This document shows, piece by piece, positions 37,971 through 47,930 of a stretch of 64,000 nucleotides of DNA (the first letter of the stretch is position 1; every line of letters starts with the position of its first letter). Position numbers and translations under genes: made by a program. Below the pieces are notes generated by a model that was given only the letters and a program-made list of their open reading frames with translations, was not told the origin of the DNA and ran no database searches. This DNA comes from Betaproteobacteria bacterium. Its GTDB lineage: Bacteria; Bacillota; UBA5301; DYFA01. The stretch is from contig JBLNCL010000030.1 in NCBI GenBank assembly GCA_050260635.1, positions 72,590 through 136,589 of the forward strand, read 5' to 3'.

Positions 37971-38459
37971 TCAGGTCAATCCCTTGGCCTTAGGCGCCCC
38001 GTCGACCACGGCATGGCAACCGAGGCAGTTGGTGTCGAACTCCTTCTTGTAGGTTGCCCCTGCCAGGTGCGGCTTATGGATAACCGCCGCCAATGAGCCC
38101 ACTCCGGCCCCTCCCTTGTGGCAGGTGGTACACCACTTCGGGTAGCTGGCGTTCGCAGGAGGCTGCGGATGGCCCTTGATCTTCTTCAGCTCGGCGGGAA
38201 TGCTGTAGTCCTTGTCCGGAGCCACCTTCTTATGGCACCCGGTGCATCCCTCAGACCCGGCTGGATCCTTCTGGGTTCCCGCCCGGGATTCCTCCGCCGG
38301 GGCTGGAGTGGTGCCGGCCGGCCGGAGGCGCGCCACCTGATCCTGGGCTTTCTTGAGATCCCGGCGGAGCATCCGGCTGCCCGTCTGGCCCGTATAGGCG
38401 AGGTAACCAGTGACGGCGAGGAGCACGACCAAGATACCGATGAGCCAGTTCTTGTACAA
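37971..38459 (-). CDS. Membrane-anchored triheme c-type cytochrome
   Basis: N-terminal TM (WLIGILVVLLAVTGYLAY) and three CxxCH haem-binding motifs (CTGCH, CTTCH, CLGCH). Confidence 0.6.
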   Translation of the reverse strand: MYKNWLIGILVVLLAVTGYLAYTGQTGSRMLRRDLKKAQDQVARLRPAGTTPAPAEESRAGTQKDPAGSEGCTGCHKKVAPDKDYSIPAELKKIKGHPQPPANASYPKWCTTCHKGGAGVGSLAAVIHKPHLAGATYKKEFDTNCLGCHAVVDGAPKAKGLT

Positions 38460-38571
38460 CCCCTACCCTCCCTTCGCTACCAGTCTCCCCTTGCCACAGG
38501 CGTTTATGCGCAGCGAAGGAAGGTGTCCCGAATCGGAACTGACCCAAGCGGTTGCCGGGCGGCCGCTACCT

Positions 38572-38838
38572 CTAAGGTCCCACCGGGATTTGTCCGTGCT
38601 TGCAGTAGACCACCGCCCGCCCCCGGAGCTTGACCGCCGCCGTCAACTCAGTGAACTGGAGGAGCATGACCTCCCCTTTGTCCAGCTTTTCGGTATGATG
38701 GAAACGGGTCTCCCGGCCGCGGGTGAGCCCCATGATGGTAACCCCATCCTCCAGCGCCCGGACCGCGATGTAGTCGCCGAGCACCTCTTCGGCTAGCGGG
38801 ACGGCCGGGACTGGGACGCCCCCGTCAACGGGTTTCAT
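38572..38838 (-). CDS. Small hypothetical protein (88 aa)
   Basis: ORF with plausible spacing in the operon; no recognisable motif. Confidence 0.3.
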   Translation of the reverse strand: MKPVDGGVPVPAVPLAEEVLGDYIAVRALEDGVTIMGLTRGRETRFHHTEKLDKGEVMLLQFTELTAAVKLRGRAVVYCKHGQIPVGP

Positions 38839-38845
38839 GTTCCCA

Positions 38846-39427
38846 CTACGCCTCCTTTTCCTTGCGGAACATGTCTTCTCCGACCGTCAGGTTATGGCCG
38901 TTCAGCGAGCGTTCCTCGCCCTGGTGGGCAATGCGGGCACCGGCGGCCGCGGCAATCGCCGCCACCAGGTCGTCCAGGAAGGTGTTGACCGTCCCCGCCA
39001 GCGGCCGGTTGATGCGCTCCAGGATGCCCGCCTTGGTCTTATCAAGGTAGCCGAAGGAGGTCAGGCCGACTGAACCGTAGACATTGACGATCGAGAGGGC
39101 GAGGATCTCGTCGATGCCAAAGAGCGGCTCATCCTCCCGGATGATGGAGAGGAGCGGCTCGGGCAGTTCACGTCGTTCGGCCAGCACATCCAGAGTGAGA
39201 CCGGTCAGCACAGCATGTTGAACTTCTCGCTTATCCAAGACCCGATCCACCGCTTCCAAGCACTCCTCCAGCGTCAGATCGGGCTTGTAAGGGCTCTGCA
39301 ACTCCAGGACGATTTCAGCAATCGGCCCGAGGAGAACCCCCCGGGCAGCCAGAGCCTTGATCACCGTCTCCTTGAGAGAATGAGCCGGTTCCGGCTGAGG
39401 GCAGCTCTTCTTCCTCGCAAGCGTCAT
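38846..39427 (-). CDS. YutG/PgpA-like (phosphatidylglycerophosphatase A family) protein
   Basis: Resembles Bacillus YutG: ...ELQSPYKPDLTLEECLEAVDRVLDKREVQHAVLTGLTLD...GIDEILALSIVNVYGSVGLTSFGYLDKTKAGIL...TFLDDLVAAIAAAAGARIAH. Recalled from memory, not searched. Confidence 0.5.
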   Translation of the reverse strand: MTLARKKSCPQPEPAHSLKETVIKALAARGVLLGPIAEIVLELQSPYKPDLTLEECLEAVDRVLDKREVQHAVLTGLTLDVLAERRELPEPLLSIIREDEPLFGIDEILALSIVNVYGSVGLTSFGYLDKTKAGILERINRPLAGTVNTFLDDLVAAIAAAAGARIAHQGEERSLNGHNLTVGEDMFRKEKEA

Positions 39428-39482
39428 AAAGTCACCATCCTTTCGTGGTTCGCTATCCCAGCCAAGCGCAACGGAGTACAGC

Positions 39483-42400
39483 CTATGCGCCGTCTCGGGC
39501 CAGTGCGCTGGTCAAGGGAGCATCAGGCGCTGCGAAGTATTTCGGCGCCACCAGGAGCAGCGCCTTCCCCCGTTGTGTCTCCATCACAAGGTACACGGGA
39601 GCCTCCCCCTGGTGGCCGAGGAGCCGGTTTCGAACCTCCTTCAGTTCCTCTTCCCGTCGAATCGGCAGGACCACCGCCGCAGGGGAGAGCGGCCCCAGCC
39701 AATCAGCCAGGATCTTCGCCCCCTCCTCCTGGGCCTCGTACCTCCCTCTGACCAAAACCAGCGCTCCCTCGCCCAGAAGTCCTTTGGCTTCCGCCAAGAG
39801 CCGCGGGAAAACCACCACTTCAGCCCGGCCGTCCATCCCCTCCAACTGGAAGGTGGCCATCCGCTCCTGCCGCTTGGTGAGCAGACTGCGCAGGCCGGTG
39901 ATCAATCCCCCGACCACCACCTCCGTCTGGTCCGGAAGTTCTCGGAGTTCTCGCAGCGGACAGGTCCCCAGCCGGTCCAAGACGGGCGCCACCTCCGCCG
40001 CTGGGTGGCCGGAGAGATAGAGCCCCAACACCTCATACTCCATTTGCAGGATCTCACGGGCGGTCAGTTCGGGTTCGGATCCGTCGGGTCCGGGGATAAC
40101 GGGTGGGAGGTCCGCCTCGACCGCAAAGAGGACGCCCTGCCCCCGCGCCTTTTGCGCCTGGCGCCGCTGGGCCGCCTCCAGCTCCCGCTCGAAGGTGGAC
40201 AGCAGCCGGCTCCTGCTCCAGCCGAAAGAGTCGAAGGCCCCTGCCTTGATCAGGCTCTCCACCACTTTGCGGGTCAGGTCCCGCGCCGTCACCCGCTCGA
40301 AGAGGTCAACCGGGCTCTTATAAGGGCCCTTTCTCTCCCGCTCGGCGATAATCGCCTCCGTAACCCCCGGACCGACGTTCTTCACCGCCGCCAGGCCGAA
40401 ACGGATCTGTCCGTTGGGTGTCACCGTGAAGGTGGTCTGACTCCCGTTGACGTCCGGAGGGAGAACGGCCAGCCCTAAGCGACGAGACTCGGCGATATAC
40501 TCTGCCACCTTGTCTGTGTCACCGTAAACGCTGGTCAACAGAGCGGCCATGTACTCAGCTGGGTAGTGCCGCTTGAGATAGGCCGTCCGGTAGGAAACCA
40601 GGGCGTAGGCGGCCGCATGAGACTTGTTGAAGCCGTAATTGGCGAAGTACTCCATCAGCGCATAGATCTCTTCCGCCACGGCGGGTTGCGCCCCTCGGGC
40701 AACCGCTCCGGACGCGAAACGTTCCTTCAACTTCTCCAGCTCGGAGGCCTTCTTCTTAGCCATCGCCCGGCGGAGCAGGTCCGCTTCGCCGAGACTGAAC
40801 CCGGCCAGTTCGGCGGCGATGCGCATCACCTGCTCCTGGTAGATCATGATACCGTAGGTCTCCCGGAGGATCGGCTCAAGGCGAGGGTCCGGGTAGGTGA
40901 CTGCGACCTCGCCGTGCTTTCGCCGGGCGAACTCGCTCCGCAGGTTGATCGGACCCGGCCGCCCGATGGCCAGGATGGCCACCAGGTCGGCGAAAGAGGA
41001 GGGTCGGATCTCCCTGAGGAGGCCCTTAAAGAGGCGGGACTCAAGCTGGAAGACGCCTTCCGTCTCCCCCTCCTGGATCATCTGGTACGTCTCGGGATCG
41101 TCCAAGGGAAGGGCCTCCAGGTCGATTCGCTCGCCCCGCCGTTGGGCAATGAACTTGACCGCCTGATCGAGGACGGTGAGCGTCCTAAGCCCCAGGAAGT
41201 CCATTTTGAGCAAACCCAGAGCGGCCAGGGACTCCATGTCCACCTGGGTGGTGACGATCCCTTCTCCGAGGCGCTGGACCGGCACCCGTTCGAGCAACGG
41301 CACGTCGGAGATGACGATCCCGGCGGCATGGGTTGAGGCGTGGCGGGGCAGCCCCTCCGCCTGACGGGCCAGCTCCAGGAGGCGCCGGGTCCGTTCGTCC
41401 CGTTCATACGCCTGGCGCAGCTCCGGAACCTGCTCCAGGGCCTTGGCGAGGGTCATCCCGAGCTCGTTCGGGACGAGCTTCGCCAGTCTGTCCACCTCGG
41501 CCAGGGGCCAGCCAAGCACCCGCCCCACGTCCCGGATGGCCGCCTTGGCCGCCAAAGTCCCAAAGGTTACAATCTGGGCCACCCGGTCCTCTCCGTAGGT
41601 TCGCACCACGTAATCGATGACTTCGCCGCGCCGTTCGAAGCAGAAGTCCACGTCGATATCGGGCAGGGTCACCCGCTCGGGGTTGAGAAACCGCTCGAAG
41701 AGAAGGCCGTGCTCCAGAGGATCGATAGCGGTGATCCCGAGGAGGTAGGCGACCAGGCTTCCCGCCGCTGAGCCGCGCCCTGGCCCCACCGGAATCCCCC
41801 GCTCCCTGGCAAAGCGGATGAAGTCCCACACGATGAGGAAGTAGCCGGCGTATCCCATTCGGATGATGGTCTCGAGCTCGGTCCTAAGCCGCTCCTCCAC
41901 CTGCGGGGCGGGAGTTGGTCCATACCGCTCCGCCAAGCCCCGCTGGCAGAGCTCAGCCAGGTAATCCTCGGGTCTGGCCCCCCCAGGAACCGGGAAGGCA
42001 GGCAGATAGGTCCGGCCCAACGCCAAGTCAAACTGGATTCGTTCCGCGATAGCCACCGCGTTGTCGAGCGCCTCCGGGACATGGGCGAAGAGCCGGTCCA
42101 TCTCCTCCGGGGTGCGGAAATAGAGCTGGTCGGTGGCGAAGCGGAGGCGGTCGACATCAGCCAATTGCTTGCCCGTTTGAATACAGAGAACCACGTCTTG
42201 CAGCTCGGCGTCCTGCCGGTGGAGATAGTGAACGTCGTTTGTCGCCACCAAGGGCAATCCAAGGCGGCGCCCCAGGTCGATCAGGGCGGCGTTGACAGCC
42301 GCCTGGGCGGGCAGGCCGTTCTCCTGCAGTTCAAGGTAGAAGCGGTCGGGGCCAAAGATATCAGCATATTCCCGGGCTGCCGTCTCCGCCGCCTCTATCT

Positions 42401-42851
42401 CTCCGGCCGCCAGGAACCGGGGAATCTCGCCGGCGAGGCAAGCTGAGAGAGCAATCAGCCCCTCGTGATGGAGGCGGAGCAGCTCCTTGTCAACCCGGGG
42501 CTTGTAGTAAAACCCCTCGAGTGAGGCCAGCGAAACAAGCCGGAGCAGGTTCCGGTAGCCCGTTTCCGACTCAGCCAGAAGGACCAAGTGGTAGGGGTTC
42601 TCGTCCACCCGCGGGGTCCGGTCGGTCCGCCGGCGGGGCGCCACGTAGACCTCGCAACCAATGATCGGCTTGATCCCTGCCTTGCGGCAGGCCTCGACGA
42701 ACTCGACCAGCCCGTACAGGACGCCGTGGTCGGTCATAGCCAGGGCGGGGCACCCTACCATGGCCGCCCGCTCCGCCAGCTCGGGGATGCGGCAGCACCC
42801 GTCGAGGAGGCTGTACTGCGTGTGGGTGTGTAAGTGGACGAATCTGCGCAC
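39483..42851 (-). CDS. dnaE: DNA polymerase III alpha subunit
   Basis: N-terminal PHP domain (FVHLHTHTQYSLLDG), polymerase core and OB domain; 1122 aa. Confidence 0.95.
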   Translation of the reverse strand: MRRFVHLHTHTQYSLLDGCCRIPELAERAAMVGCPALAMTDHGVLYGLVEFVEACRKAGIKPIIGCEVYVAPRRRTDRTPRVDENPYHLVLLAESETGYRNLLRLVSLASLEGFYYKPRVDKELLRLHHEGLIALSACLAGEIPRFLAAGEIEAAETAAREYADIFGPDRFYLELQENGLPAQAAVNAALIDLGRRLGLPLVATNDVHYLHRQDAELQDVVLCIQTGKQLADVDRLRFATDQLYFRTPEEMDRLFAHVPEALDNAVAIAERIQFDLALGRTYLPAFPVPGGARPEDYLAELCQRGLAERYGPTPAPQVEERLRTELETIIRMGYAGYFLIVWDFIRFARERGIPVGPGRGSAAGSLVAYLLGITAIDPLEHGLLFERFLNPERVTLPDIDVDFCFERRGEVIDYVVRTYGEDRVAQIVTFGTLAAKAAIRDVGRVLGWPLAEVDRLAKLVPNELGMTLAKALEQVPELRQAYERDERTRRLLELARQAEGLPRHASTHAAGIVISDVPLLERVPVQRLGEGIVTTQVDMESLAALGLLKMDFLGLRTLTVLDQAVKFIAQRRGERIDLEALPLDDPETYQMIQEGETEGVFQLESRLFKGLLREIRPSSFADLVAILAIGRPGPINLRSEFARRKHGEVAVTYPDPRLEPILRETYGIMIYQEQVMRIAAELAGFSLGEADLLRRAMAKKKASELEKLKERFASGAVARGAQPAVAEEIYALMEYFANYGFNKSHAAAYALVSYRTAYLKRHYPAEYMAALLTSVYGDTDKVAEYIAESRRLGLAVLPPDVNGSQTTFTVTPNGQIRFGLAAVKNVGPGVTEAIIAERERKGPYKSPVDLFERVTARDLTRKVVESLIKAGAFDSFGWSRSRLLSTFERELEAAQRRQAQKARGQGVLFAVEADLPPVIPGPDGSEPELTAREILQMEYEVLGLYLSGHPAAEVAPVLDRLGTCPLRELRELPDQTEVVVGGLITGLRSLLTKRQERMATFQLEGMDGRAEVVVFPRLLAEAKGLLGEGALVLVRGRYEAQEEGAKILADWLGPLSPAAVVLPIRREEELKEVRNRLLGHQGEAPVYLVMETQRGKALLLVAPKYFAAPDAPLTSALARDGA

Positions 42852-43209
42852 GCCTCCCGCCCCTTTCCCGGTCCGGTTCCCTGCGCAGCAGGGAACGTAT
42901 TATTTCGACGGACGGCGGTGCGATTCCTCGTCCCCCTCCTTCGGAAGAGGGCCGGGACCCATGGCCGGGGTGTTCACCCAGTTGACGGACCACCACCCCA
43001 CCTGCGGGTCACCCACCCCCACCCCATACTCGTCCTGACAGAGAAACTCGTTGGCCGCCACGCGTTGGACGGCCCCCTCGCTCAACTGCGTCTCCACCGG
43101 ACACTTGCCATGTTTCTCTCTGGCCGGCCGCTCCTTTTGGTCGGACACGACAACCCCCTCCTGCGGATAGCATCGCGGGAAGGAGGGGGAGAGCATACGA
43201 CGCACCCTA

Positions 43210-43689
43210 TCACTGCTTAAGCAGGACGATCAGTTCGATTTCCCCGACTTCCGCCGCTTGCCGTCGCACCTTGAGCGGCACGACAAGGCAGGGAAGCCCA
43301 CCGCTCGAGACCGCCACCTCCCGGCCGCAAAACAGAGATGGCACCGAGACGTTCGCCGATAAGCCGAGCTCGCTGGCGTAAGATACGGCATTGCCGCAGA
43401 GCATGTTGGTCAATTCGGCAATGCCGGAGCAGGCAACCTCGTCGAGTTCGCTGATTTCCCAAGGAATCATGGCCCGGGCCACACCCAGGGCAGTCTTCCT
43501 CTGCATCCCGACGATGATCTGTCCTTCCAGATCGCCAGTCAGGCCGATGACCACGTTCACCTCGCTCCCGGCCATCGGCGAATGCTGCAGACGAAGATTG
43601 CCCCGCTCCACCTCGAAACCGAAGGATTGGAAGACCGTGACCGCTGCCCGCAAGAAAGGATTGACCCATTCAGCTTTCACTGCTACCAC
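43210..43689 (-). CDS. cheX: CheX/CheC-family chemotaxis phosphatase-like protein
   Basis: ~159 aa with the CheX-like fold signature (...EVxxxIGLTGDLEGxIIL..., ...ELxNMLxGN...); assignment by motif resemblance. Confidence 0.55.
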   Translation of the reverse strand: MVAVKAEWVNPFLRAAVTVFQSFGFEVERGNLRLQHSPMAGSEVNVVIGLTGDLEGQIIVGMQRKTALGVARAMIPWEISELDEVACSGIAELTNMLCGNAVSYASELGLSANVSVPSLFCGREVAVSSGGLPCLVVPLKVRRQAAEVGEIELIVLLKQ

Positions 43690-43707
43690 CTTTGCTGCAT
43701 CTGCTGG

Positions 43708-44994
43708 TTATTCCTGGCTGGGCCACTCGCCCTCCTCGTGGATCCTGGTCAGACGAGCCCCTAAGCCGGTCAGCTTCTTGTCGATTCGTTCATAACCGCG
43801 TTCGATGTGTTCGATGCCAACCATCACCGTGCTCCCTTCGGCCCCGAGGGCCGCACACAGCAGGGCGGCCCCCGCCCGCAGGTCGGTGACCTCGACCGGC
43901 GCCCCGGTCAGCCGTTCAACCCCCCGGACGATGGCCGTGTCGCGGTCCACCCTGATGTCGGCCCCCATCCGCCGGAGTTCATCCACGTAGCGGAAACGAT
44001 CGAAGATCGTCTCCCGGATGATGCTGGTCCCCTCGGCGGTGGCCATCAGAGAGACGAAGGGCTGCTGCAGGTCAGTCGGGAATCCCGGATAGGGGGCGGT
44101 TTCGGTATCCACCGCCTTCGGGCGGCGGTCACAGGTCACGTGAAACCGGCTGGCGTCCTCCTCGATCGTCACCCCGGCCTCCTGCAGGTTGAGGACTACC
44201 GACCGGAGATGCTCCGGAACCACGTCCTCCACGACCACGTCACCTCTGGTGCAGGCTGCGGCGATCATCAGCGTGCCCGCCTCAACCCGGTCGGGGATGA
44301 TGGAATACTCGGTTCCGCAGAGCCTCTTCACCCCGTCGATCTTGATCACGTCGGTCCCGGCGCCCTTGATCCGAGCACCCATGCCGTTGAGAAAAATGGC
44401 GAGATCGACGACCTCGGGCTCTTTGGCGGCGTTCTCCAAAACCGTCTGGCCTTCGGCGAGCGAAGCGGCCAGCATCAAGTTGACCGTCGTCCCGACGCTC
44501 GACCGGTTGATGTAAACCTTGGCGCCGACCAGGCGGGTCGCCTCGGCCTTCATCAGCCCGTGGCTGATACTCACGTCCGCTCCCAGCGCCTGAAATCCCT
44601 TGAGGTGGAAGTCCACCGGGCGCGAGCCAAGGGAACACCCGCCTGGAAGAGGCACCTCCGCCTTGCCGACGCGAGCGAGCAAGAGCCCGGCGACGTAAAA
44701 CGAGGCCCGCATGCGCCGGACCAGTTCGTAAGGAGCCTGGTAGGACCGGAGACGGGTGGTCTTCAGCCGGAGGCTGTTCGGTCCTGCCCATTCAGCCTGT
44801 ACACCCAACTCGGTGAGAATGTCGATCATGGTCCGGATATCGGTCTCGTCCGGCACGTTGTGAAGGAGACACTCCCCGTCCGCCAGCGCGGCGGCAACCA
44901 AAATGCCAAGGGCCGAGTTCTTGCTGCCGCTCACCCGCACCGCTCCGACCAAGCGGGAGCCGCCCTCGACAATGAACTTCTCCAACCGGGTCAC
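43708..44994 (-). CDS. murA: UDP-N-acetylglucosamine 1-carboxyvinyltransferase
   Basis: MTRLEKFIVEGG..L.G.V.VSGSKNSALGIL; active-site Cys region; 428 aa. Confidence 0.9.
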   Translation of the reverse strand: MTRLEKFIVEGGSRLVGAVRVSGSKNSALGILVAAALADGECLLHNVPDETDIRTMIDILTELGVQAEWAGPNSLRLKTTRLRSYQAPYELVRRMRASFYVAGLLLARVGKAEVPLPGGCSLGSRPVDFHLKGFQALGADVSISHGLMKAEATRLVGAKVYINRSSVGTTVNLMLAASLAEGQTVLENAAKEPEVVDLAIFLNGMGARIKGAGTDVIKIDGVKRLCGTEYSIIPDRVEAGTLMIAAACTRGDVVVEDVVPEHLRSVVLNLQEAGVTIEEDASRFHVTCDRRPKAVDTETAPYPGFPTDLQQPFVSLMATAEGTSIIRETIFDRFRYVDELRRMGADIRVDRDTAIVRGVERLTGAPVEVTDLRAGAALLCAALGAEGSTVMVGIEHIERGYERIDKKLTGLGARLTRIHEEGEWPSQE

Positions 44995-45258
44995 CTACCT
45001 GCCGAGATAATTGTGAAGCAGCGCTTCCAGCAATTCGTCGCGCTCCACGCGCCTGATGAGGGAGCGAGCATCACGGTGGTTGGTGATGTAGGCAGGATCC
45101 CCGGACATGAGATACCCCACGAGTTGATCGATCGGGTTGTACCCCTTCTCTTCCAGTGCCTTATAGACCTGTTCGAGAACCTGGCGAAGGTCCAGTTTCT
45201 CCCCTTCGACGGCCCGAAAGAGCACTGTCCGGTCCAGTTGCTCCGTCATCATCCTCAC
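44995..45258 (-). CDS. UPF0297 family protein (IreB/YrzL-like)
   Basis: ...[45 protein letters not shown] matches the conserved core of UPF0297/IreB proteins; 87 aa. Confidence 0.7.
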   Translation of the reverse strand: MRMMTEQLDRTVLFRAVEGEKLDLRQVLEQVYKALEEKGYNPIDQLVGYLMSGDPAYITNHRDARSLIRRVERDELLEALLHNYLGR

Positions 45259-45286
45259 CTCGCTCTCTACGGTCGCCTTGCGCTAA

Positions 45287-47107
45287 TTAGCCGGAGGCGG
45301 CCGCGTTTCCTGCCGCGGCTTTGGGCTTATTCATCCCCGCTTCGCAAGAGGCGAAGCTGCTGCCCAGCCGGGTCAGAGCAGCTCCGGAAACCAACAGGAC
45401 GGACAAGACCACCATTCCGGCCAATGCGCCCGGCCAGGCGGCCGCCAGCGTCGCCTCTGCCCATCGCCCCGAGCTGGCGGGCAAAATCCGCCAGGCCTGT
45501 AGGAAGAGCGCTGCTCCGTGGGCCAGCAAATCCCCCAGGAGCAGCCCAAGCCCTGCCAGCCTGGCGCTTTCTGCCTTTCGCCGGGCCATCCCCCCGCCCA
45601 GGAGCATGGTGAGGGCTGACGGCAGCGGAAGGAGCGCCCCTAGGGTCACCGGCCAGACTGGGCGGGCGAGGAGGGCCGACAAGGTGCCCAGGCCGACGCC
45701 GGAGACGAAAAAGCCCACCGGAAGCCCTCCCGAACCAGCCGCCAGAGCGATCCGTCCCACCACTCCCGTCCCCGGCTGCGGCAGCCAGCCTGGCCCGCCC
45801 GCCAGGGTCGCCGCCGCCATGGCGGCTCCGCCCAACCCCGCCAAACAAGAGACCAGCTTTACCGGGTAAAGCCCCCACTCCACCTCCAGTAGAAGGTTGA
45901 CCCGCCGGCATTGCAGGTAGTCAGCGGCAAACAGAGCGGCCGCCGACCCCAGGGCCCCCGCCGTCAAGAGTGGCGCCGGCGGCCCACTGGCAATGAGCGC
46001 CGGGGCCGCCACAGCCAATGCCGGGAAGCCAAGCGACGCCAACGGAAGGCTTCCGAGTTCGGCGGCGACTGCCATTCCCAGCGCTGCTACCAACGCCCCA
46101 GCCCCCAGAAGAAGCATCAACCGAATTCCCGGGGCCGCTCCGACCTCGTTCAGCCGCCAGAGTGCGAGTGCTCCAAGCAGCATGGCCACAGAAGCCGAAA
46201 GGGCCCTGCGCCACCAAGCCGGCCAGCCGCCAATCAACGAGCGGCCTGCGCGCCAGGCTCGCCAGGCCGCCGAGAGCTTTCGCCCCAAGAAGAGGACCGC
46301 CGCCACTGCCCCCGTTCCCAAGGCAATCAGGGGAGCGTAGCTCGCCTGAAGTTCCAGCCCGGTGGCTTGGCTGGCCGCCCGGAGCGCTGGGGCGACCACT
46401 TTGGCGGTTTCGAACTCCAATATCCCAGGGAGGAGGAGCGCCCCCACCGCCAAGCTTCCGGCCGCCAGCGTCGTCGCCTTCTGCCATCCGGCGAGCATTC
46501 CGAGCCCCAGCAAGCCCGGTGCCACCGCCAAACCGAGCAGGCCGGCCCACCCGCCGCCGTGGCGCGTCGCCACCACGACGCCCGGCCACCACCCGGCTGC
46601 CACCCCGACCCGGGTTACAGCCGCTAAGACTCCCCCCGCCAGCAAAATTGACCATCGGCGCCCACCAGACGCCAGCCCGATGACTTGTGCCAGGGCTGCG
46701 GCATCAGGGAAGGTGAAGTCGGGTTTGGCGGCCAAACGTTCCACTGCCGCCCCGAGCGATACACCACTCAGAGCGGCCAGGGTCAGGCGCCAGCCGGTGG
46801 CAGGCAGCCACGCCGGACCCGACCAAGCCTCGAGCAGCGGCGAAAACCAAACCATCACCAGAGCCGCCGCCGCCCCCCCTGAAGCCGCGGCCTGGAGTAG
46901 GGACCCCAGGATGCAACCGGGTCTGCCGGCTATCCAATACAAGACTCCCCAACAAATCAAGAGCACTGCTACGCTGCCGGCCAACGGCCCGGCCAACTGG
47001 CCGGCCAGAGTTCCGGTTGCCCCGATGATCCAGGCGAGACAGGTTCCGGTCGCCAACCAAGTCCCGTAAAGCCACCACGGAAAGGTCATTGGCACCACCG
47101 CCCGCAT
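45287..47107 (-). CDS. Large polytopic integral membrane protein (uncharacterised; Ala/Gly/Leu-rich, >12 predicted TM segments)
   Basis: 606-aa ORF composed almost entirely of hydrophobic helices; family not assignable from sequence alone. Confidence 0.5.
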   Translation of the reverse strand: MRAVVPMTFPWWLYGTWLATGTCLAWIIGATGTLAGQLAGPLAGSVAVLLICWGVLYWIAGRPGCILGSLLQAAASGGAAAALVMVWFSPLLEAWSGPAWLPATGWRLTLAALSGVSLGAAVERLAAKPDFTFPDAAALAQVIGLASGGRRWSILLAGGVLAAVTRVGVAAGWWPGVVVATRHGGGWAGLLGLAVAPGLLGLGMLAGWQKATTLAAGSLAVGALLLPGILEFETAKVVAPALRAASQATGLELQASYAPLIALGTGAVAAVLFLGRKLSAAWRAWRAGRSLIGGWPAWWRRALSASVAMLLGALALWRLNEVGAAPGIRLMLLLGAGALVAALGMAVAAELGSLPLASLGFPALAVAAPALIASGPPAPLLTAGALGSAAALFAADYLQCRRVNLLLEVEWGLYPVKLVSCLAGLGGAAMAAATLAGGPGWLPQPGTGVVGRIALAAGSGGLPVGFFVSGVGLGTLSALLARPVWPVTLGALLPLPSALTMLLGGGMARRKAESARLAGLGLLLGDLLAHGAALFLQAWRILPASSGRWAEATLAAAWPGALAGMVVLSVLLVSGAALTRLGSSFASCEAGMNKPKAAAGNAAASG

Positions 47108-47311
47108 TCTTGTCCCTGCTCCCGCAACACGCTAGACTAATCTATGTCCGGGCTCCGGTTGCCATTCCTGAGCGAAAGGCCTGCTTTATTGAACCACCGA
47201 GGAGGGGCGCGATAGTGAGCGAGGCTGTCCCGAAGGGCGTTCGGGGCAGCCTTCTTCTGTGCGCTGCGACGAGCGACCGCTGAGCCCGTGACCTGGTGCA
47301 AGGCGCCATGG

Positions 47312-47703
47312 CTAGATGCGGAAGCCGTTGTGAACCTCGTAGACCCAGTTGGCCCCGTGATTGTTGTCCCATTGATCTCCGTTGGTGAAGCAGAAGTTGA
47401 TCGCCGTGTCGGTGTCCACCGTTACGTGGGCACCCCAGCTCCCGTCGGGCAACGGTTCCATGGGGATGTTCTGGACGTTGGTCCAATTCCCGTATCCGTA
47501 ACCGAGATGCATCGCAATCGGCTTGCCCTGGTTTGCCAGATCGCCCCGGTACTTGACCGTGATCGTCTCCCCCGCTGTCACCGGCACCGGATCTACCTCG
47601 ATCTTCTGGGTTCCGCCCAATTCCGGTTCGCCAAACTCGGTCCGGGCCTCCTCAGCCGCCGCTTTCGCGTCTTGTTTCCTGCGCCGCAGGAACTCCAAGA
47701 CCA
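47312..47703 (-). CDS. Small cytoplasmic carbohydrate-binding-module-like protein (CBM25/26-like starch/glucan-binding signature)
   Basis: ...GKPIAMHLGYGYGNWTNVQNIPMEPLPDGSWGAHVTVDTDTAINFCFTNGDQWDNNHGANWVYEV resembles CBM25/26 (W..V.M...G.W.......F.F.NG..WDNN.G.N). Start taken at the second ATG after an AGGAGGG RBS. Confidence 0.4.
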
Positions 47704-47930
47704 TGCCCATCCCTCCTTTCCCGGCATGACCTATCGCAAGATAGTCTCCCTCCGGGCGCCCCGTGCGATTAGGAGCAGTTTTCGCCCCGCCTGCCACGCC
47801 CTGCCTATACCAAGTCTAGGATGAACGGCCAGAATGTGGTACAGTATTTAGTTACAGACCATGCCCACACTCGCAAGACGAATTGGGTTCTGCGAAGGGT
47901 GACATAGATTCTAAGAATGTGGAGGTAACC

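Noticed and set aside
43807-45612. 601-aa plus-strand ORF across murA, ireB and the start of the membrane protein
   Set aside because: Antisense to murA with full motif support; Arg/Pro/Gly-rich translation.
47219-47247. Hairpin GGCTGTCCCGAA-GGGCG-TTCGGGGCAGCC in the intergenic region between the membrane-protein gene and the CBM-like gene, considered as riboswitch or terminator
   Set aside because: No flanking U-run on the strand where a terminator would be needed (downstream of the CBM-like gene). No similarity I can recognise to c-di-GMP or other riboswitch cores. Left as an unexplained stem-loop.
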